Of a stretch of DNA of 64,000 nucleotides, positions 27,618 to 36,765 are shown piece after piece. The translations under genes and the position numbers were made by a program. This DNA is from Deltaproteobacteria bacterium (GTDB lineage Bacteria; SAR324; JACQKK01): assembly GCA_029858505.1 (NCBI GenBank), contig JAOUEW010000008.1:9939-73938 (forward strand), given 5' to 3'. The notes under the pieces were generated by a model that made no database searches, had not been told where the DNA came from, and worked only from the letters and a program-made list of their open reading frames with translations. Numbering within the stretch: the first letter of the stretch is position 1; each line of letters opens with the position of its first letter.

Positions 27618-28316
27618 TCAGCGCCCCAGCACCGTGTTCAACACACGGGGGTCGGCCAAGTTGGCAAACAAATGACCCGGTTGGTGGGCGGCCAAGTCTT
27701 CCAGAGAATACCGCCCCGTGGCCACCGCCACGGCGGTCCAACCCAGGGGCCGACAACAGGCAATGTCTGCCGGGGTATCCCCCACCACCACCACCGACCG
27801 GCCGGGAAACACCGTTCCCCACTCCAAGCGGGCGGCCTCCAGGGCCAGGGGGGGCAGGTCCATCCGGCTTTCGTGGTATTGCCCAAAGGCCCCCAGGGCA
27901 AATTCTTCTTCCAGCCCGGCGGCTGATAATTTTAGGCGGGAAGATTCCTCGCAGTTGCCGGTGAGCAGCCCCACCAGCACACCCTCCATCGCGTTCAGCC
28001 GACGCAACAGGTCTTTCACCCCAGGATGAACCGTGATGTGCTCCGCCGACATGCGCTGGGGCAGCAAAAAAAAATAAGCCTCCCACAGGGCCTCTAGCCG
28101 GGGAGGAACCGCCTCTCTGGGCAAACCAGCCGCCGCGGCAAAGTCATACACAATGGCCAGTTCGGTTTTCCCGTCCATCAGGCGGCCATCGTTGGGCGGG
28201 CGCACGCCGTAAACCTCGGTAAAAGCGTCTTCCAGGGCTTTCACCGCCCGCCCGTTGGTGTCGAGCAGAGTGCCATCGATGTCGAACAACACCATCCGGT
28301 GAAAGGTATGATCCAT
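27618..28316 (-). CDS. HAD-superfamily hydrolase (phosphoglycolate phosphatase-like).
   Basis: Motif I MVLFDIDGTLLDT. Start set at MDHTFHR. Confidence 0.7.
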   Translation of the reverse strand: MDHTFHRMVLFDIDGTLLDTNGRAVKALEDAFTEVYGVRPPNDGRLMDGKTELAIVYDFAAAAGLPREAVPPRLEALWEAYFFLLPQRMSAEHITVHPGVKDLLRRLNAMEGVLVGLLTGNCEESSRLKLSAAGLEEEFALGAFGQYHESRMDLPPLALEAARLEWGTVFPGRSVVVVGDTPADIACCRPLGWTAVAVATGRYSLEDLAAHQPGHLFANLADPRVLNTVLGR

Positions 28317-28563
28317 GGGTGATGATTCGCGTTCAGCCTGAAAATAAAGCCGTTTTTTCACCGCCAGTGCGGCCCCGGAAAGAGGGCCCAAAACCGCCGG
28401 TGAAAGAATATTGGATCCGGTTGATGAACCAAAGTTTACCCCAGGCGCCCCCTGGGGGCAAAAATATTTTTACGGAATTTCTTTTCCATCCGGGGGATTT
28501 TTTTCTAAAATAGGTACCATGGTATAAGAGATTCATTCACCCTTTTTCGTTTGGAATGGCCCC

Positions 28564-29934
28564 ATGGATGTCACCAGTGAAATGCTGAACAAATACAACG
28601 TATCGGCCCCCCGGTACACGTCCTATCCCGCCATTCCCTTTTGGAAGCCCGCCGACGGCACCCAGGCCGCGGCTTGGATTGCCGCCATGGAACCCGCCCG
28701 GCAAACCTCTTTGTCTTTGTACACCCACATTCCCTTTTGCAAAACCCGCTGTTACTACTGCGGCTGTTTCGTGGTGATTTCTCCCCACGAAGAGATTGCC
28801 CAGCCCTACGCCGATGCCCTGGAAAAAGAAATGGAACTGGCGGCGGGGCAAATGAAACACCGCTGGCCGGTGGCCCAGTATCACCTGGGGGGCGGCACCC
28901 CCAATTACCTAAACATTGCCCGAATGGAACGCTTGGTGGCCAAAGCCCGGGCGTTGTTTCCCTTTCAAGACGATGCCGAGATGAGCATTGAGGTTGACCC
29001 CCGCACCCTGAACAAAAATTATCTGGAACGGGTAAGGGCCCTGGGGTTCAACCGGCTGAGCCTGGGGGTTCAAGACTTCGACCCCGAAGTGATGGAAACG
29101 GTGAACCGGGTGCAGCCTTACGACATGGTGGCTGGCGTGGTGGAGCAGGCCCGCAAACTGGGCTTTTTATCGGTCAACTTTGATTTGATCTACGGGCTGC
29201 CCAAGCAAACCACCGCCACCTTTCAAAAAACCATGGCCCAGGTAAAAACCTTGGGCCCGGACCGGGTGGCGCTGTACCACTACGCCCACCTGCCCGACTC
29301 TCATCCCTATCACCGCCGGTTCGACCCAGCGGACCTGCCCGGCAGCCAAGAAAAGATGGATATTTTTCTGCAGGCCAGGGAGCGGTTTTTGTCGTGGGGT
29401 TATCAACCCATTGGGTTGGACCACTTTGCCAAGCCCGATGATGACCTGTCGGTGTCCTTCCGCAACCGCTCTATGCGGCGGAACTTTATGGGCTACACCA
29501 CCAAAGCCGGAACCGACATGCTGGCCTTTGGCATCAGCGCCATCAGCGATTTCAACCATGCCTTCTGGCAAAACGAAAAAAAGCTGCCCCATTATTACAA
29601 AGCCCTGGAAAAAGGCGAGCTGCCCGTGATTCGCGGATTGGAGCTGAGCGGAGACGACCGCCTGCGCCGCCAGGTCATCCAAAACCTGTTCTGCCAGGGG
29701 GGGGTAAATTTTGGGCAGATGGAGCAGGCCTACCAGATTCCGTTCCAAAGCCACTTTGCCGGAGAACTGGAAGCCCTGGCCCCCCTGCAAGACGATGGCT
29801 TGGTGACCCTTTCTCCAGAGGGCATCACCGTCACCGATCAGGGGCAGTTGTTCCTGCGGAACATCGCCATGACCTTCGACGCTTACCTGCGAAAAGGCAG
29901 CAAACCCCCGGTGCAGTTCTCTCGCACGGCATAA
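28564..29934 (+). CDS. hemN: Oxygen-independent coproporphyrinogen III oxidase (radical SAM).
   Basis: YTHIPFCKTRCYYCGC radical-SAM cluster motif. About 456 aa with an HemN C-terminal domain. Confidence 0.85.
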   Translation: MDVTSEMLNKYNVSAPRYTSYPAIPFWKPADGTQAAAWIAAMEPARQTSLSLYTHIPFCKTRCYYCGCFVVISPHEEIAQPYADALEKEMELAAGQMKHRWPVAQYHLGGGTPNYLNIARMERLVAKARALFPFQDDAEMSIEVDPRTLNKNYLERVRALGFNRLSLGVQDFDPEVMETVNRVQPYDMVAGVVEQARKLGFLSVNFDLIYGLPKQTTATFQKTMAQVKTLGPDRVALYHYAHLPDSHPYHRRFDPADLPGSQEKMDIFLQARERFLSWGYQPIGLDHFAKPDDDLSVSFRNRSMRRNFMGYTTKAGTDMLAFGISAISDFNHAFWQNEKKLPHYYKALEKGELPVIRGLELSGDDRLRRQVIQNLFCQGGVNFGQMEQAYQIPFQSHFAGELEALAPLQDDGLVTLSPEGITVTDQGQLFLRNIAMTFDAYLRKGSKPPVQFSRTA

Positions 29935-29982
29935 CGGGCGCCCCACAACCGGGATGGACAACCTCACCCCCAGAGAACCCCC

Positions 29983-31134
29983 ATGGCTGCGTCTCCCACC
30001 GATCAGGCCGAACGGATTTTGGCCGGAAAAAACAAAGAAACCATCCAGCGCCTGATGCAGGGGGTAATGCCCGTGCTGCAAGAAACCTGGGGAAACCCCG
30101 GGCGCTTTCAAGAAAAAGCCGTGGAGGCCCTGGACAAAGCCGCTCCCAGCTTGCTTTCCGAGATGGAAGCCGTGACCCTGTCTGGCCCCCTGGCCCAAAG
30201 CGTGTATCACCTGCTCGATGTCCACTTTCGCGCGGCATCGTCCACCCCAGAATTAAACGCCCTGCAAGTGAAGCTGGGAGCCAGCATGGTGTCTCCCTTC
30301 CGCCAGGGATGCCTGTGGCTGGCGGTGAAACTGCGCCAAGCCCAGTTGGTGTACCTGTCGGGGGAAGGCAAGGGCGCCCTAACCCGGCTGGCGGCGGGGC
30401 TGCAAAAAAACCTGGACAACCTGCCCCCTGAGTTGCGGGGCCTGGAACCCACCACCCTGGCTCGTCTGGAGTCGAAGCTGGCCGACGTCACCCTGCAGAT
30501 TTTGGGTCAGGCGTTGGGGCGGTTCTCGGCGGCCACCCTGGCTGGCCGCCTGCTGGAAATGGCCCGCGGCCAAGCCCGCATAGCTCCAGCGGCGGGGGCC
30601 GCGGAAGCCACGGCACCATCGGGGTACGGGGCCCTGCTGGCCCGCCTGGGCGACGCGGTGGTGAAGGCCGAAACCGCCCAGGCCCAATTCCGGTTTTCTC
30701 ACCTGGATGAAAACGGCCGGAAAACCCTGGCCAACAAAATGCGGCAGGCCATGGGTCAACAGCTTCCCCCCCTGCTGGCCCTGGCGCCGGAAGGATTCGA
30801 AACATTTTGCCGGGGAGTAGAAGCCGTGGTGTTCCCCTACCCCGAACAGGTGGAGTTTATCCGGGGGTTTTTGAAAACCCTGTATACCACCGCCAAGCAG
30901 GCCGCTTGGTTCAACGATTGCCCCACCCAAGCCAGCATCGTTCAGCAATACCGAAAACTGGCCGAAACCAAAACCATCAACCCCCTGACCCTGGCCCTGG
31001 CCAGAACCTTCGCCACCCACTCCCTGGCGGGCGGCGGGTTGACCCAGGCCTCCCTAGACGTGTTCTCCCTGGACCTGGTGGGGGAATTCCATTGGCCCCG
31101 CACGGTCGAAGACCTGCTGGCCCAATCGGCGTAA
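29983..31134 (+). CDS. Hypothetical protein (383 aa, helical). First gene of a three-gene cluster of unknown function.
   Basis: Intact ORF with good codon periodicity. No recognisable family. Confidence 0.45.
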   Translation: MAASPTDQAERILAGKNKETIQRLMQGVMPVLQETWGNPGRFQEKAVEALDKAAPSLLSEMEAVTLSGPLAQSVYHLLDVHFRAASSTPELNALQVKLGASMVSPFRQGCLWLAVKLRQAQLVYLSGEGKGALTRLAAGLQKNLDNLPPELRGLEPTTLARLESKLADVTLQILGQALGRFSAATLAGRLLEMARGQARIAPAAGAAEATAPSGYGALLARLGDAVVKAETAQAQFRFSHLDENGRKTLANKMRQAMGQQLPPLLALAPEGFETFCRGVEAVVFPYPEQVEFIRGFLKTLYTTAKQAAWFNDCPTQASIVQQYRKLAETKTINPLTLALARTFATHSLAGGGLTQASLDVFSLDLVGEFHWPRTVEDLLAQSA

Positions 31135-31156
31135 ATCTTCACCCCCCAATCCTTTT

Positions 31157-31376
31157 CTCGAAGCCATCGGCTATTCTCTACAACCGTTCGGTGGATGAAG
31201 ATTGAACGGATGCAAGCGCATAGCATCGCGGCTTCGAGTGATTCCCAAAAGCACCTCTCCCCTGCCCCCTGGCGGGGGCATCCCCTCCCCAATCAGGGAG
31301 GGGAAAGACTCGAAGCCATCGGCTATTCTCTACAACCGTTTGGTTGGTGAAAACTGAACGGATGCAAGCGCATCAC
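31157..31376. repeat. Two copies of the ~125-bp structured repeat family between the first and second genes of the unknown cluster.
   Basis: CTCGAAGCCATCGGCTATTCTCTACAACCGTTCGG...GCGGCTTCGAG (31157-31238) and a second head CTCGAAGCCATCGGCTATTCTCTACAACCGTTTGG at 31309-31376. A GC hairpin GCCCCCTGGCGGGGGC lies between them. Confidence 0.65.
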
Positions 31377-31501
31377 CCACCGGAGGGGAGTATTGGGTGC
31401 GGATGGGATGCCGCAAATAAAAATACACTTGATCTTGGAAAAACAATTGAATTAAGGTGAGGTGTCCACTGTCGCACTCCTGATCACCCCTCCCCCCCAA
31501 G

Positions 31502-32326
31502 GTGCCCATGCCCCCTGAATCTGGAACTGGCCAAGCGGCCACCATTTTACAAACCTTGTCGGATTTTATCGGCATAGAAGCCGGAAAACTCATTGAGGTC
31601 GGCGAGGTACTGGTGGCGGTAGGCTTACTGGTCATGACCCTGATGGAGCTGGTGAAAAACATGTTTCACCTGCGGTTGTTTTTTCACCGCTGGCAGGTGC
31701 GGCGCTGGCTGAACGCCCGGCCCAACCCCCGAGCCTACGAGCAGTTGATTCTGCTGGCCACGGGCTCCGCCCCCGGATCGTCTCCTGGCCTGTTGGGGCG
31801 GATGTCTGGTTTGCTGCTGGGAGACTTCCACCCCGGCGATGCCCTGTTTGACCAACCCACCACCAAAATGATGGGCCAGATCCAAGCGGCGGCCAACCAG
31901 GCCCTGGACTTCCCCCATTTGTTCCCCCATGTGTATGGCGTGTTGGCGGCGGCCTCCCCCGGCACCCTAAGCCCAGAGGGTGAAACTTGGCTGGCCTATG
32001 CCCAATCTCTCCAGGGCAAATCCACCAAAGGGAAAACACCGGTGTCGCTGGAGCAGGCCCTGCAAGCCAAAACCCAGGTGACCAAACTGGCCGCCCGCAA
32101 ACTAGACGCCCTGCAAAACAAAATAGACACCCTGTGGGCCCAACTGAACCAGCGGGTTTCGGTGGTCTCCGGTGCCCTGTTGATTGGCTACGCCCTGTCG
32201 AACGGAGCCGGGCGTGAAACGATGAGCGGATGGACCATCGCGGGCCTGGCGGTGATGGGCGGCATGATCTCTCCCTTTGCCAAAGACGTGGTGTCGGCGC
32301 TGGCGGGCCTGAAAAAGAGGGGCTGA
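31502..32326 (+). CDS. Hypothetical membrane protein (274 aa). Second gene of the cluster.
   Basis: ORF with N- and C-terminal hydrophobic helices. No family recognised. Confidence 0.45.
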   Translation: MPMPPESGTGQAATILQTLSDFIGIEAGKLIEVGEVLVAVGLLVMTLMELVKNMFHLRLFFHRWQVRRWLNARPNPRAYEQLILLATGSAPGSSPGLLGRMSGLLLGDFHPGDALFDQPTTKMMGQIQAAANQALDFPHLFPHVYGVLAAASPGTLSPEGETWLAYAQSLQGKSTKGKTPVSLEQALQAKTQVTKLAARKLDALQNKIDTLWAQLNQRVSVVSGALLIGYALSNGAGRETMSGWTIAGLAVMGGMISPFAKDVVSALAGLKKRG

Positions 32327-32329
32327 CCC

Positions 32330-33313
32330 ATGGACACCCAACCCTGGCTGGAATTGAGCTTTCGGCAATCCCCCGTGGGGGGAGACACCCAAGAAGCCCA
32401 CGGCGATATTACCGCCCTGGGCGAAGCCCTGGCCGGAGACCCCGCCCTTGGCGTGGTGTTTCTGGTGCATGGGTTTAACGTAACCCAGGCAGAGGGGCGA
32501 GAGGCTTATCGGGGGATGAACTTGGCCCAGGGGGCCCTGGCCCCCGGCCGCGACAACACCCCCCTGGCGTCGGGGCGGCAGGTGGTGCAGGTGTTTTGGG
32601 CCGGAGACCTGGACGCCCCGGAACTGGCGCGGCCCGCCTTTTATCCCTTTGCCATTGGCCGGGCCAGAGAAACAGGCCGGTTGTTCGCGGCCTTCCTGAG
32701 CAGCCTGGGGGCCCACCGCCCGGCGGACCAACCGCTGTCGGTCGAATTCATCGGCCATTCCATGGGCTGCCGGGTCATTCTGGAAACCCTGAAAAACCTG
32801 CCCGTGAAAGATCGGCTGTGGATTCACCGCGTGTTGTACTTGGCGGCGGCGGTGCCCACCCATAAGTTAGAAACCGGTAAGCAGGGAGACCTGCGCCCCA
32901 CCTGGCTGCAATGGAGCCAGGGAGAGATTCCCTGGCACAGCCTGCATTCTTGGGATGACCTGGTGCTGACCTATGCCTTTCCCCTGGGGCAAAGCCTAGG
33001 GGGGCCGGGAGAAGGCGTGCTGCCCACCGCCTTGGGCCGAAACCATTGCTGGATTCCCCTGCCCTACTTTCAGCAAACCCGCATCGCCCACGCCGGGCAT
33101 TCTGACTATTGGGGGAACCAACTGCAAAACCCCGGCGGGTGCTCCAAAGAAGAAACCCAGGCCAACAAAGATGCCGCCTGGGCCATCAACCAATACATGG
33201 GTTTTACCCAGGGCGGCCCCCGAGAATCCGCAGCCCGAGAAACCGCCGCTCGGGCGGTGATGGAAGCTCAGTCTGCCGGGCTGGAGCGGACCACCCCCCA
33301 AGTGGATTTATAA
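32330..33313 (+). CDS. Alpha/beta hydrolase of unknown function (DUF900-like serine hydrolase). Third gene of the cluster.
   Basis: VVFLVHGFN...FIGHSMGCRV nucleophile elbow (GxSxG). Start is 4 bp after the upstream stop. Confidence 0.55.
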   Translation: MDTQPWLELSFRQSPVGGDTQEAHGDITALGEALAGDPALGVVFLVHGFNVTQAEGREAYRGMNLAQGALAPGRDNTPLASGRQVVQVFWAGDLDAPELARPAFYPFAIGRARETGRLFAAFLSSLGAHRPADQPLSVEFIGHSMGCRVILETLKNLPVKDRLWIHRVLYLAAAVPTHKLETGKQGDLRPTWLQWSQGEIPWHSLHSWDDLVLTYAFPLGQSLGGPGEGVLPTALGRNHCWIPLPYFQQTRIAHAGHSDYWGNQLQNPGGCSKEETQANKDAAWAINQYMGFTQGGPRESAARETAARAVMEAQSAGLERTTPQVDL

Positions 33314-33453
33314 TCTTCAACACGATCAAACCGTTAGCCCATGGGGCCCATTTGTGGTTTGTAAACCCCGCCAGGAGAGGATAGAGTGGAGGTAACCTTC
33401 ACTGGGCAGTTCTTGATCTTCTGCCCCTGCGTCGCCCGAATCCCCCGCTTCCC

Positions 33454-33792
33454 ATGACCAAACGAGAACGCACTTACTACCGCGTGACCTTCACCAATGA
33501 AGTCGGTGAAGAAGAAGAAATCATCCAGGTCACGGCCCGGTACGTGTCGCCCTCCGACATGTACGGGCTGGTGGAAATCTCTGGCTTTGTGTTCCCCGAA
33601 GGGGGCCTGCTGCACAACCCCCAAACCGAACGGATCCGCAAAGAATTCGCCGACATCAAGCGCACCTGGCTGCCCTACCACGCCATTTTGCGCATTGACG
33701 AGGTGAGCGATGCCTCTGCGGCGGACCTGCGGGTGGTCCCCATGGACGGCACCCGTAAATCCCCCGAAAAAGTTCCCTCCAAAAACAGTTAG
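33454..33792 (+). CDS. Small conserved hypothetical protein (112 aa).
   Basis: Clean ORF, acidic N-terminus. No confident family assignment. Confidence 0.4.
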   Translation: MTKRERTYYRVTFTNEVGEEEEIIQVTARYVSPSDMYGLVEISGFVFPEGGLLHNPQTERIRKEFADIKRTWLPYHAILRIDEVSDASAADLRVVPMDGTRKSPEKVPSKNS

Positions 33793-33802
33793 GGGCCCTT
33801 TA

Positions 33803-34325
33803 CTCGAATCCACCGGCTATTTCATTCGGCCGTTCGGATGGGTCGGGTGAACGGAAACAAGCAACGCCCTAACGCCATTGAACTCCCCCTCTCTTCGGGA
33901 GAGGGGGGCGGGGGGTGAGGTCCAATGGCTCGAATCCACCGGCTATTCTATTCTCCTGTTCGGATGGGTCGGGCGAACGGAAACAAGCAACGCCCTAACG
34001 CCTTTGAACTCCCCCTCTCTTCGGGAGAGGGGGGCGGGGGGTGAGGTCCAATGGCTCGAATCCACCGGCTATTCTATTCTCCCGTTCGGATGGGTCGGGC
34101 GAACGGAAACAAGCAACGCCCTAACGCCTTTGAACTCCCCCTCTCTTCGGGAGAGGGGGGCGGGGGGTGAGGTCCAATGGCTCGAATCCACCGGCTATTC
34201 TATTCTCCCGTTCGGATGGGTTGGGCGAACGGAAACAAGCAACGCCCTAACGCCATTGAACTCCCCCTCTCTTCGGGAGAGGGGGGCGGGGGGTGAGGTC
34301 CAATGGCTCGAATCCACCGGCTTCG
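33803..34325. repeat. Tandem array of about 4.2 copies of a 126-bp unit of the structured repeat family.
   Basis: Unit starts at 33803, 33929, 34055, 34181 and 34307, exactly 126 bp apart and over 97% identical. Each unit carries the CCGTTCGGATGGGTCGGGCGAACGG hairpin and the CCCCCTCTCTTCGGGAGAGGGGG UUCG-loop hairpin. Confidence 0.85.
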
Positions 34326-34375
34326 AGAATCAAGAGGTGATTGAAGAATAAACGGGGAGAGAAAAACCGAACCCT

Positions 34376-34876
34376 TTACCAGCGGTATTCAACCCGAGAC
34401 CCAGGCCGCAACCCCAACCGTTCGGCCTGCCCGGCAGCCAGTTCCAGCACAAAGTTGGCCTCGGCGTCTGGGGCATAGGTGGGCAAATCACCATCGGGGG
34501 TGCCGGGGGGCTGGAACGGCACCCTGGAAGCCACGTACACCACCTGATTGTTATGCAACCACACGATATCAATGGAAAACACCATTCGCTTCATCCAAAA
34601 CCCATAGCGCCCAGGGCTGGCATACACAAACAACATGCCTTCGTTGGGCCCCAGCCCTTTCCGCCCCCCCAACCCCATGGCCCGCAGGGCGTCGGAGTCG
34701 GCGATGTCTACCCGAATCTCCTTGCCCCCCGCCACCACGACGGCCTGATTCATGCCTTGGTTCTTGGCCCCCCTGGCGGGGGTCCCCTGTAGAACCGAGA
34801 TGCTTAGGGCCAGCACCAGCAGGCCTTTCCCTAACCATGAGAAGCGCACATGTTGATTGGCGGACTTCAAACGCAT
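34376..34876 (-). CDS. DUF192 (COG1430) secreted protein.
   Basis: GMLFVYASPGRYGFWMKRMVFSIDIVWL core motif. Start set at MRLKS with a signal peptide. Confidence 0.65.
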   Translation of the reverse strand: MRLKSANQHVRFSWLGKGLLVLALSISVLQGTPARGAKNQGMNQAVVVAGGKEIRVDIADSDALRAMGLGGRKGLGPNEGMLFVYASPGRYGFWMKRMVFSIDIVWLHNNQVVYVASRVPFQPPGTPDGDLPTYAPDAEANFVLELAAGQAERLGLRPGSRVEYRW

Positions 34877-34983
34877 AGCGGAACCTGGAGAGAATGGGAT
34901 GGGGAAGGCTGATCTTTCGGTATGATAAGATGGACAAGACGGATAAGACCGAATGTGTTGCATGGCAACCGTAACCCGTACCG

Positions 34984-35502
34984 TTAGGCCATGGCGGCCA
35001 CCTTGGCCAGCCGTTTTTTCACCATATCCCGCCGTAGGGGAGGAAGATAGTCAATGAACAATTTTCCCTCCAGGTGATCCACCTCGTGCTGCAGGCACAC
35101 CGCCTCCAGACCCTCCAAGGTTTCCCGGCGGTGTTCCCCCTCCACCGTTTGGTATTCCACCGTTACCCGGCGGGAGCGCTTTACGTCGGCCCGAAATTCG
35201 GGAACGCTGAGGCAGCCTTCTTCCCCCACCCATTCGCCTTCTTGTTCCGTCAGGCGGGGGTTCACCCACACCCTGGGCTTCCGCAGGGCGGGGTCATCGT
35301 CTCCAGCGAAAATGTCGGTCACCACCAACCGGATGGAGCGCCCCACCTGGGGGGCCGCCAAGCCCATGCCCTCATTTTGATACATGGCGGCGGTCATCTG
35401 CCGGGCCAGCTCGGCCAAGGCGGCATCGAAGGTTTCCACCGGATCGGCTTTTCGCCGCAGGAAGGGATCGGGGAAGGTCAGAATGGTAAAGGGGGAAGAC
35501 AT
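34984..35502 (-). CDS. def: Peptide deformylase.
   Basis: GMGLAAPQVG, EGCLSVPEF and HEVDHLEG motifs. Confidence 0.9.
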   Translation of the reverse strand: MSSPFTILTFPDPFLRRKADPVETFDAALAELARQMTAAMYQNEGMGLAAPQVGRSIRLVVTDIFAGDDDPALRKPRVWVNPRLTEQEGEWVGEEGCLSVPEFRADVKRSRRVTVEYQTVEGEHRRETLEGLEAVCLQHEVDHLEGKLFIDYLPPLRRDMVKKRLAKVAAMA

Positions 35503-35799
35503 AAGTAAAACAAGCTCCTAAGAACAATCTTCCGTAAACCGTCTGGGTAAAACCATCGCCCAGTGAGCGCGGGGTGGATGGGTTATATTTTAACGCCAGA
35601 ATGCGCCCCGATCAATGGGATGGTAACTTGGTCACAGTGTAACCTCTGGGGGGATACTATCCTAAGATTGTCTGGATGATCGTTGTCCGTGAAAACCAGG
35701 GCTATGCCCCCGGCAAGTCAACGGCACAAAACAACTGAATAACGGAACCTTTCGCGAAATCTTCCGTTACAACCACAAGATCAATTGGAGGAACAGCCC

Positions 35800-36150
35800 A
35801 TGAGTTTGGTCATGGAATTAACCGATGAAACGTTTGTGAAAGAAGTGGTCGAAGCCGGGGTGCCGGTGATGGTGGATTTCTGGGCCCCCTGGTGCGGGCC
35901 TTGCCGGGCCGTGGCCCCCACCATGGAGGAAGTGGCCAGCGAGTTTCAGGGCCGGGCCAAGGTGGTAAAAGTCAATGTGGATGAAAACCAGGGCGTGTCT
36001 GGGGCCATGAACATTCGCTCCATTCCCACCGTGGCGGTGTTTGTGGGCAACACGGTGGTGGATATGCGGATGGGGGCCCTGCCCAAACCCCATTATCAGC
36101 AGATGTTGAACAATGCCTTGGCTGGCCAGGGAACTTCTCCCACAGCCTAA
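35800..36150 (+). CDS. trxA: Thioredoxin.
   Basis: WAPWCGPCR active site. Confidence 0.9.
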   Translation: MSLVMELTDETFVKEVVEAGVPVMVDFWAPWCGPCRAVAPTMEEVASEFQGRAKVVKVNVDENQGVSGAMNIRSIPTVAVFVGNTVVDMRMGALPKPHYQQMLNNALAGQGTSPTA

Positions 36151-36304
36151 CGTTATACCATAGAACGAGACGCCGTGGGTTCCGGTCGCAGCCCCCCCCT
36201 CCCCAGCGACCGGAGCCCCGGCGTTCCTCGTTTTTTCCCCATCGGATTCTTTCCCTTCCTTTTTTATCCCCTTTATTCTCATTTCTTCTTCCGCCGTCCC
36301 GATA

Positions 36305-36745
36305 CTCGAAGCCAGCGGTTATTCTGTTCATCCGTTAAAGCACCCCTCCCTGGCACCTTCGGTGCCTGTCCCTCCCCATCGTGGAGGGACAATACGGCTT
36401 AGGCCGAGGGGTGGAGATAGAATCCGTTTGGATGAGGAGACCGGAAGGAAGCAAGCGATTAACTTTTCGGCTTCGCTTTATTTCCCCTCCACGAAGGGGA
36501 GGGGATGTCCGCACAGCGGGCAGGGGAGGGGTGCTTTACGAGAGGGGCAGTGCTCGAAGCCAGCGGTTATTTTCTTCAACCGTTCAGTTGGTGAAAACTG
36601 AGCGGAAACAAGCAACGCCCAAACGCCATTGAGCTCCCCCTCTCTTCGGGAGAGGGGGCGGGGGGTGAGGTCCAAATACTCGAAGCCATCGGTTATTTTC
36701 TTCAACCGTTCGAATTGAGAAGACAGGAGGGCGGAAATACACCCC
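36305..36745. repeat. Cluster of three units of the structured repeat family (one expanded unit with nested inverted repeats, one full unit, one partial).
   Basis: Unit heads CTCGAAGCCAGCGGTTATT at 36305 and 36553, and CTCGAAGCCATCGGTTATT at 36678. The 36553-36677 unit is about 85% identical to the 33803 array unit. 36340-36534 contains nested palindromes GCACCCCTCCCTG...CAGGGGAGGGGTGC and GTCCCTCCCC...GGGGAGGGGATGTCC. Confidence 0.8.
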
Positions 36746-36765
36746 CCGATTGCGAACTGCCCCCC

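Noticed and set aside
28400-28480. FNR/CRP-type box upstream of hemN (TTGATgaacCAAAG).
   Set aside because: Only one half-site matches the TTGAT-N4-ATCAA consensus. It is too weak to call.
33803-34325. Possible CRISPR array.
   Set aside because: The units are 126 bp, directly abutting and essentially identical end to end. There are no unique spacers and no short 25-45-bp repeats, and no cas genes are nearby.
33878-34351. 157-aa ORF encoding four repeats of a 42-aa peptide (LNSPSLRERGAGGEVQWLESTGYSILPFGWVGRTETSNALTP).
   Set aside because: The open frame is a by-product of a 126-bp (3x42) tandem DNA repeat. The same DNA unit occurs in diverged form at other intergenic loci in other frames, and its sequence is dominated by strong hairpins. 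I call it a noncoding repeat.
35640-35700. Partial resemblance of CCGTGAAAACCAGGGC (upstream of trxA) to the conserved upstream motif.
   Set aside because: It contains the two half-words (CCGTGAAAA, ACCAGGG) but in permuted order. This is probably chance and is not counted as a fourth copy.
36362-36705. ORFs 36362..36601(+), 36381..36632(+) and 36478..36705(-) in the trxA-TPR gap.
   Set aside because: They lie entirely within the repeat-element cluster and encode low-complexity Gly/Arg/Pro peptides. They are artefacts of the palindromic repeats.
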